Below the pieces are notes generated by a model, which searched no databases, had not been told where the DNA came from, and saw only the letters and a list, made by a program, of their open reading frames with translations. A stretch of 64,000 bases of DNA from NCBI GenBank assembly GCA_045863295.1, contig BTWA01000004.1, forward strand, positions 160,001 through 224,000, read 5' to 3'. Shown piece after piece: positions 58,285 through 64,000 of the stretch. A program made the translations under genes and the position numbers. How positions within the stretch are numbered: position 1 is the first letter of the stretch; each line of letters opens with the position of its first letter. This DNA is from Candidatus Hydrogenedentota bacterium. Its GTDB lineage: Bacteria; Hydrogenedentota; Hydrogenedentia; Hydrogenedentales; SLHB01.

Positions 58285-59434
58285 TTGGCTCCGACGGCGC
58301 CTCGCGGTTGTAGTTTCCTCCACCATTGGGTCCGTTGTAGCCGCGTCCTCTACCGCGTCCGCCGCGATGACGGCCGCCGCGACCGCCACGGTGCCGGTCG
58401 GAGGCGCCTCGGTCGGAGGATTGCGGCCGTTCATTCTTCGGGGCGATGACGACGCTTCGGATGGGCGAGTCGCCCACGCTGAACGTACGGACTTCGGGAT
58501 CTTCCTGCAAGGTCAGGTGGATAATGCGGCGTTCTTGCGGGCTCAACGGTTTGACGCGAACTCTGCGCCCGCTCTCCTTGGCGCGTTCGGCCATGCGCAA
58601 CGCCAGATCTTGCAGGGCCTCCTGGCGGCGTTCGAGGTAGTTCTCGATGTCCACCACCATTCGATCGTCTTCCCCTTCCTCGGCCCGTCGAATCATCCGA
58701 TTGATGAGGTATTGCATGGCGGACAGCGTCTTGCCCTTGCGGCCAATAAGGATGGCGGAATCTTCGGACTCCACGCCGAGGCAGGTGGTGCCGTCGTCCG
58801 TCTTTTTGCAGGTGACGGTGGCGGCGATTCCCATGCGGGAAATCAGTTCCTGCAGCAGCGCGGCGGCCTCGCGATCGCGCTCGTCTATCTCGCGATTGAC
58901 GGGCTTGGCCACCGGCGCCGGGCGTTCGGGCCGGGCCGGTCGTTCCGGCCGGGGCTGGTCCTGATTTCGAGTATCGGATCGCTGGGCTTGCCGATCGTTT
59001 CGATCGCGGCGGGGTTCCTCGTTGCGAGGTTGCGCCGGGCGGGCTTCCCTCCTGGGTTCCTGGCGATTGCCTTCCCGGGGGGCCTGCGGCGCCTGGGCGC
59101 GTGGAGGCTCCTGTCCGCCGCGCTTTTCCGGTTCCGGGCGCGGGCCGCGCCGATTCCGGTCTTGATGCCGGTCGCGGTTGCCACGATTCCGGTTTTCCGG
59201 GCTGATGGGCCTGGGCGCCGATACAAACTCCACTTCATCGTCGAACGATTCGCGTTCTCCGCCGGATTCGACCGTGACGCGCACGGTCCAGTTGCGCGCG
59301 CCAAAACCGAGGAATCCGGCGCTTCCCTCGCTTACCACTTCCACGGCGATTTCGTGCCGTTCGGCCTTGAGTTTGGCGAGGGCGACCTCAATGGCCTCTT
59401 CGCGCGTTTTCGCGCTGACTTCAACCGATCGCAT
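58265..59434 (-). CDS. jag: RNA-binding protein Jag/EloR (KhpB)
   Basis: Jag_N (EVSAKTREEAI..GFLGFG), KH (LIGRKGKTLSAMQYL), R3H (ERRIIH); AAGGAGG SD. Confidence 0.93.
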   Translation of the reverse strand: MRSVEVSAKTREEAIEVALAKLKAERHEIAVEVVSEGSAGFLGFGARNWTVRVTVESGGERESFDDEVEFVSAPRPISPENRNRGNRDRHQDRNRRGPRPEPEKRGGQEPPRAQAPQAPREGNRQEPRREARPAQPRNEEPRRDRNDRQAQRSDTRNQDQPRPERPARPERPAPVAKPVNREIDERDREAAALLQELISRMGIAATVTCKKTDDGTTCLGVESEDSAILIGRKGKTLSAMQYLINRMIRRAEEGEDDRMVVDIENYLERRQEALQDLALRMAERAKESGRRVRVKPLSPQERRIIHLTLQEDPEVRTFSVGDSPIRSVVIAPKNERPQSSDRGASDRHRGGRGGRHRGGRGRGRGYNGPNGGGNYNREAPSEPSEATTG

Positions 59435-59653
59435 TCGATGTTGCCTCCTTCGATGTATCTCGCTGTATGCGACGCGATCGGGCATCCAAAACATACTTGG
59501 GCGCGCTGTGCCGACCTGATGCAACGGCCGCCGGGTCATGGGGTACTGCTTGTAGTGACCGATTCCGTTTGGATGCCGTCTCCCTGAATAGGATCCGTAA
59601 ATCCGCTGATGCGGTATGTGAACCGCCGGCGATTGGGTGTGGCGCCGAGGCGG

Positions 59654-61510
59654 TCATTTGGGCGCTTTTTCCTTTTCGCCCGTTTTCTTTTTCGCTTCAA
59701 ATTTCTTTTGTTCGCGTTTTCGGGCCTGATACGCGGAGTACATGTTCTGTTTCTTCTTGGTCCGCTTTTTCTCGGGAATGTCTTCGGCGGATACGCGGAT
59801 AATCTTGTTCTGCAAAATGCCGATGACGGTGCTGACGAGAATGTAGAGGTTCAGCCCTGCCGCGAACGGATAACAGATGAGACCAAATACGACCGGCATG
59901 ATGGTCATCATCATGCGCTGCTGCGGGTTCTGCATGGGGCCGGTCTGGGGCATCATGCGCACGCTCAGAATCATGACGCCTATATTGAGCAGTGGCAACA
60001 AATGGAAATGGTCGAGGTATTTACCAAAAAAGGGCACCAACTGGAAAAAGGCCGGCAATGCGAACAGCGAGTCCGGCGCTGACAGGTCCTTAATCCAGAG
60101 GAACGGCGCACCGTAGAGTTCGTAGGCGTACCACAACATCCGGTAAAACGCGAAGAAGATTGGCATCTGCAAGAGCAACGGAAAACAGCCGCCGAGCGGA
60201 TTGACGCCGCGCTCGCGGTACATTTCCATGATTTTCTGCTGCATGACCTGGGGTTCGTCTTTGTACTTCTCGCGAATGGCTTCCATTTCCGGCTGCAGCA
60301 ACTGCATGCCCTTCATGGAGCGCATCTGTTTGATGGTGAGCGGAATCATGGCCGCACGAACCACCAGCGTCATGAGAATGATGGCGACACCATAGTTTGG
60401 AATTACGCCGTGGAACCAATTGAGCATGTTCAGCAGAAACTTGGAGAAGAGATCCATCAAGCGCGGGTATTGAAAGAAGAACAGCGCGGAATCGAGCGAA
60501 GGCCACGCCGCGGCGAGTTGCTCTTCATGATTCGGGCCGAGGTATACCTGGAACGTGTGCTCGCTGGCTTGTCCGGCGTCGAGTTGAATGCGGGGCACGG
60601 TCATTCCGAACCGGTAGGCATCGTAGGTGCCCAGACACCACGGCCGCGCGCCTTCGAACTCGGGCTTAAAGGCGGCTAGGAAATATGCGCTTTTGAGCGC
60701 AACCCACTCCAGCGAGGCCGTTCGGACGGCCCGTTCCGGGCCGGGGGTATTCGGGTCAAACTTGCTGGTGACGAGGTAGTACTTCTCGCCGGCGTCGCGC
60801 CAGATCAACGTGCTGGGAGCGCCGTTTTTCACCGGCGTGTCAAGGCGCGGACCCCAATTCAACACGTATGCCGGGGTACCGTCGTCGCGCCCGAGTACAC
60901 GCCGGTCCGCGCCGGTATTTTCGCAGGCGATGGTGACGGTCACTACATAGGGATTGTCGGTCAGGGTATACGTTTTGCGAATCGTGGCAAATCCGGGTAC
61001 AGCGAGCGCAAACGTGGCGGACTTTGCGTCTTGCTTTTCCAGCGTGAACAGCCGGCGATCGAGTTCATCGCGAATGGCCGGGTCGCTGAAACGGAGCCCC
61101 AGGGGGTAGACCGGAGTTTCGCCGGCTGCGACCAGGGTTTGTGGGACCAGGTCGAGTTTGTCCACCAGCAGTTCGGCATGTTGCACGCGCGCACCGACGG
61201 GGGTCAGGGAAAGGCGCAGGTTCGAATTCTCCAAAATGACCGGTTGGAGGTTTTCGATTTCGCTTTCGGCTGGTACCGGGGGCAACGCGAATTCGTCGGA
61301 AACGGTGAGCGAGCCAGTGGACGCGGCATCGGTGGCGGTTTGCGACTGCACACCGCCTGCCTGTTGCGGCTGCGTCTGACCGGCCGGAGGCGTATTGGCC
61401 GGCTGGCTGGGAAAGAGGTACTGCAGGCTCATCACCAGCAGCAATGTCATCAGCGCGAGGCCGATTGCCTGGCTTCGCGCTACTTTCTTATCGTTATCGT
61501 CATCCAGCAC
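59654..61510 (-). CDS. yidC: Membrane protein insertase YidC
   Basis: N-terminal TM, large periplasmic domain, NYGVAIILMT..R, NPLGGCFPLLLQMPIF, WIKDLSAPD. Confidence 0.96.
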   Translation of the reverse strand: MLDDDNDKKVARSQAIGLALMTLLLVMSLQYLFPSQPANTPPAGQTQPQQAGGVQSQTATDAASTGSLTVSDEFALPPVPAESEIENLQPVILENSNLRLSLTPVGARVQHAELLVDKLDLVPQTLVAAGETPVYPLGLRFSDPAIRDELDRRLFTLEKQDAKSATFALAVPGFATIRKTYTLTDNPYVVTVTIACENTGADRRVLGRDDGTPAYVLNWGPRLDTPVKNGAPSTLIWRDAGEKYYLVTSKFDPNTPGPERAVRTASLEWVALKSAYFLAAFKPEFEGARPWCLGTYDAYRFGMTVPRIQLDAGQASEHTFQVYLGPNHEEQLAAAWPSLDSALFFFQYPRLMDLFSKFLLNMLNWFHGVIPNYGVAIILMTLVVRAAMIPLTIKQMRSMKGMQLLQPEMEAIREKYKDEPQVMQQKIMEMYRERGVNPLGGCFPLLLQMPIFFAFYRMLWYAYELYGAPFLWIKDLSAPDSLFALPAFFQLVPFFGKYLDHFHLLPLLNIGVMILSVRMMPQTGPMQNPQQRMMMTIMPVVFGLICYPFAAGLNLYILVSTVIGILQNKIIRVSAEDIPEKKRTKKKQNMYSAYQARKREQKKFEAKKKTGEKEKAPK

Positions 61511-61556
61511 CTTGGAATCTCCAGGGGTGAGGATGAGCCTGCAGGGTCGAGGTCCG

Positions 61557-61778
61557 TTACGGGACGGGGTCGTGTCCGCCTGCGCAAAACGGCTGGCATC
61601 GCATGATTCGCCATGCGCCCAGCCGGATGCCTTTCAGCACGCCGTACTTCTCGATGGCTTCCACGGCGTATTGCGAGCACGACGGGGTAAACCGGCAACT
61701 GGCGCCCATCACGGCCACCAGCATGGGCGATAGAAAGCGTTGATACATTCTGATCAACGCGATACACGCCTTACCCAT
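61557..61778 (-). CDS. yidD: Membrane protein insertion efficiency factor
   Basis: [33 protein letters not shown]. Confidence 0.95.
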   Translation of the reverse strand: MGKACIALIRMYQRFLSPMLVAVMGASCRFTPSCSQYAVEAIEKYGVLKGIRLGAWRIMRCQPFCAGGHDPVP

Positions 61779-62127
61779 TCAGTACGTCTCCCTTTTCAAG
61801 GAGCCGCCGTATCGCCTGCTGGCATTGGTGAAAATCGAGTTCCGCTGCCGCGGGCCGCGCCACAAAAACGAGATGAACGTCATCGGAAATGCGGGCGCGG
61901 TGTGTCCGGTACACTTCGCGGAGATAGCGCTTTACACGATTGCGCGTGACAGCGTCGCCGACTTTGCGCGATACGGTACAACCGAATTTGCGTCCCTGAC
62001 CCTCTTGCCGGGTGGCAAAGCAAATGAAACAAGTTCCCACGCATTTCCGGCCGTCGGTATAGACCCGGTCGAAATCGGTTTTGCGCCTGAGGCGCTCGGC
62101 CTTGGGGAATGCGTTCTCACCCGGCAC
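61771..62127 (-). CDS. rnpA: Ribonuclease P protein component
   Basis: [31 protein letters not shown] (RNR motif); GTG start inferred. Confidence 0.93.
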   Translation of the reverse strand: MPGENAFPKAERLRRKTDFDRVYTDGRKCVGTCFICFATRQEGQGRKFGCTVSRKVGDAVTRNRVKRYLREVYRTHRARISDDVHLVFVARPAAAELDFHQCQQAIRRLLEKGDVLNG

Positions 62128-62147
62128 TGCAAACTCATCGCCTCGGG

Positions 62148-62282
62148 TTACTGCGCCAACCGTTTGCGGCCCTTCGCGCGGCGGCGTCGAATTACTTCGC
62201 GCCCTCCCGGCGACGCCATGCGGGCACGGAACCCGTGGGTCCGCTTGCGCTTCAGATTTGAAGGCTGAAAAGTCCGTTTCAC
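62148..62282 (-). CDS. rpmH: 50S ribosomal protein L34 (44 aa; below ORF-track cutoff)
   Basis: [47 protein letters not shown] start with AAGGAG SD. Confidence 0.97.
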   Translation of the reverse strand: MKRTFQPSNLKRKRTHGFRARMASPGGREVIRRRRAKGRKRLAQ

Positions 62283-62380
62283 TGGTGTCTCCTTTTGTCA
62301 CGTTTTCGCGAATCAAACGGCGCGGATCGCGCCGGGAATTTGCCCGAATTCTGCCCGGCGGGCTCGAATTAAATCGAAGT

Positions 62381-62410
62381 AGTATAGACATTTATTGATT
62401 CGGGAGTCAA
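62381..62410 (-). promoter_or_regulatory. Sigma70-type promoter of the rpmH operon
   Basis: TTGACT-N18-TATACT about 100 nt upstream of rpmH. Confidence 0.65.
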
Positions 62411-62827
62411 TTCGGGGGTCTTGGCCAAGTACGGTTGGATGAAAGCCGCCTCTCATGGAAATTGCGGTGGCAGAATCGTGCACAAGGCGAAATGGAGACG
62501 CCGCTTACGCTTTTGCCTCCTCCTGTATCTGGTTGGTCAGACTATGCGGCGCGGCTCGGGGTGTGCAGCCACGTGCCAAAGAACTTAGGAATGGGTCATT
62601 GCCCCTATAGTATGGCTTTTTTGTTGCATTTCCTTAGCGGATTGAAACAAGGGTATATGATGGATTTACGCGGTTTGCGCATTTTTGGAATAAGACGGGA
62701 TAGATCGTGGCGTCGAGGAAAGAGATTACTCTTTGATACGCCCTAACTGTATATACTGCACTAGTACTATTATTATCGACTGATCCCGGATTTCCCAAAC
62801 AAGTGGCAGCATCCTAAGCAAAATGAT

Positions 62828-62851
62828 CGCACCCCGTCTACACGGGGCGCG
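62828..62851 (-). terminator. Possible terminator hairpin after the RND gene
   Basis: CGCGCCCCGT-GTAG-ACGGGGTGCG followed by ATCATTTT (weak U tract). Confidence 0.4.
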
Positions 62852-62874
62852 GGTGTTTTTCATCTGACGGACTG

Positions 62875-63999
62875 CTAGGAATTTGCACTCGCGCCCGCAG
62901 TAATTCGGAAGAAAATCGCGTAGAGTACAGGAACGACGATCAGAGTTAGTACGGTAGCAAACGTCAAACCAAATATGATGGTCACCGCCATACTCTTGAA
63001 AAAAGGATCAAGTAGCAGCGGAGCCACACCAAGCACTGTGGTCACGGCGCCCATGCTAACGGGACGTACCCGACTTGCCGCCGAATCGAGGATCGCGAGG
63101 AAAGGTTTCTTCCCCTCGCGAATCTCCATATCGATTTGATCCACAAGCACAATAGCGTTCTTAATCAGCATCCCCGTAAGACTCAAAAAGCCAAGGATTG
63201 CCATGAACTCGAACGGTGCTTGGAACATTAGAAGACCAATGGTGACTCCAATGATGGAGAGTGGCACGCAGAGCCAGATGATCAGAGGTTGGCGAATTGC
63301 GTTAAAGAGCATTACGACGATCACGACCATTGCAATGAAGCAAATGGGCAGCGTAGAGATAATGCCCTTTTGTGCTTTTTGTGAATCGCCGTATTCACCG
63401 TTCCAAATCAGCGAGTAGCCGGGAGGAAGCTCCATAGCCTCTATCTTGGGGCGAATGCGCTCGAACAATGTACTGGCGAGTTCGCCCGGGCCTGGGTCGC
63501 ACTGGGCTTGAATGGTAGGGAACCGATCTTCTCGGCGAATGATAGCGTTCTCATATGAGCTGTCGAATCTACTGACCACTTGGGTGATCGGCACGTATTT
63601 ACGCAATACCGGACTGAATACCTGAACTTGCTGGATCTCGTCCATGCTAATCCGCTCGCGCTCTGGAAGGCGCGACAGAATAGGCAACAATTTGTCGTCT
63701 TCACGATAAATCCCTACTTGGGTGCCCGAGAAGGAATACTGCAGGGATTTTCGAAGATCAGCAAGTGTTACACCTACACGGCGGGCTTGCGCTTCCGAGA
63801 ATACGGGATGCAGCAGGACCGTTTGTTGCCGCCAATCGTCCTGAATGGCAATTGCGCCGCCGTCTTCGTACATAATGGATTTCGCTTGGTCCGCGATTCG
63901 GCGCAGCATGCCGGGGTCAGGACCTCGGAACGCCGCTTCGATCTTGCTGCCGCCACCGGGTCCCAGCACAAATTTCCATGCTTTGCCTTGGGCATCGGG
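62875..63999 (-). CDS. RND efflux permease (AcrB/AcrD/AcrF family), 3' part, truncated by window edge
   Basis: LPPGY...GE, FNAIRQPLII, GMLIKNAIVLVD, RVRPVSM..TTVLG, GLTFATVLTL; frame open to window end. Confidence 0.92.
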   Translation of the reverse strand, partial: PDAQGKAWKFVLGPGGGSKIEAAFRGPDPGMLRRIADQAKSIMYEDGGAIAIQDDWRQQTVLLHPVFSEAQARRVGVTLADLRKSLQYSFSGTQVGIYREDDKLLPILSRLPERERISMDEIQQVQVFSPVLRKYVPITQVVSRFDSSYENAIIRREDRFPTIQAQCDPGPGELASTLFERIRPKIEAMELPPGYSLIWNGEYGDSQKAQKGIISTLPICFIAMVVIVVMLFNAIRQPLIIWLCVPLSIIGVTIGLLMFQAPFEFMAILGFLSLTGMLIKNAIVLVDQIDMEIREGKKPFLAILDSAASRVRPVSMGAVTTVLGVAPLLLDPFFKSMAVTIIFGLTFATVLTLIVVPVLYAIFFRITAGASANS

Positions 64000-64000
64000 A

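Noticed and set aside
62564..62578. TGGCACGTGGCTGCA sigma54-like site
   Set aside because: GG to GC spacing is 9 nt rather than the required 10
62747..62764. CTGTATATACTGCAC LexA-box-like sequence
   Set aside because: Lacks the CAG half at the correct spacing and no SOS gene follows
62283..62874. Possible oriC upstream of rpmH
   Set aside because: No cluster of DnaA boxes and no dnaA in view

Overview
GC-rich (~60% by eye) chromosomal window from a flagellated diderm bacterium. I saw no rRNA, tRNA, CRISPR array, transposase or phage gene. Gene order: (1) feoA-feoB plus a small Cys-rich partner. (2) recR and an FMN reductase. (3) A minus-strand Wzy-type polysaccharide cluster: Wzc-like co-polymerase, Wza-like export lipoprotein, unknown secreted protein, nucleotidyltransferase, epimerase/dehydratase, methyltransferase, three GT4s, GH10-like hydrolase, Wzy/O-antigen-ligase-family protein. 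(4) Miscellaneous envelope genes and a cytidylyltransferase/MetE-like pair. (5) flgF-G-A-H-I-J-N-L with sigma54 and sigma28 promoters but no flgK or flgM. (6) MFS transporter, GT2 and DUF2304. (7) An extended Fe-S locus: sufBCDSU, nadA, M16 peptidase, DUF1858-like protein, IscA/SufA-type carrier, YgfZ-TPR fusion. (8) HAD hydrolase and a 35-aa membrane peptide. (9) GT2/LAB_N/ArnT-like lipid-modification trio and three-subunit transhydrogenase. (10) rpmH-rnpA-yidD-yidC-jag-mnmE and the 3' part of an RND permease. Top observations: a Wza whose three poly_export domains appear nested inside each other, paired with an apparently catalytically dead Wzc kinase domain; an H-type pseudoknot over the nadA ribosome-binding site (candidate NAD-sensing riboswitch); a long structured leader before sufB; a sigma54-driven small transcript upstream of flgF; and a YgfZ-TPR fusion beside the A-type carrier. 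All calls come from reading motifs by eye; no database search or folding program was run.
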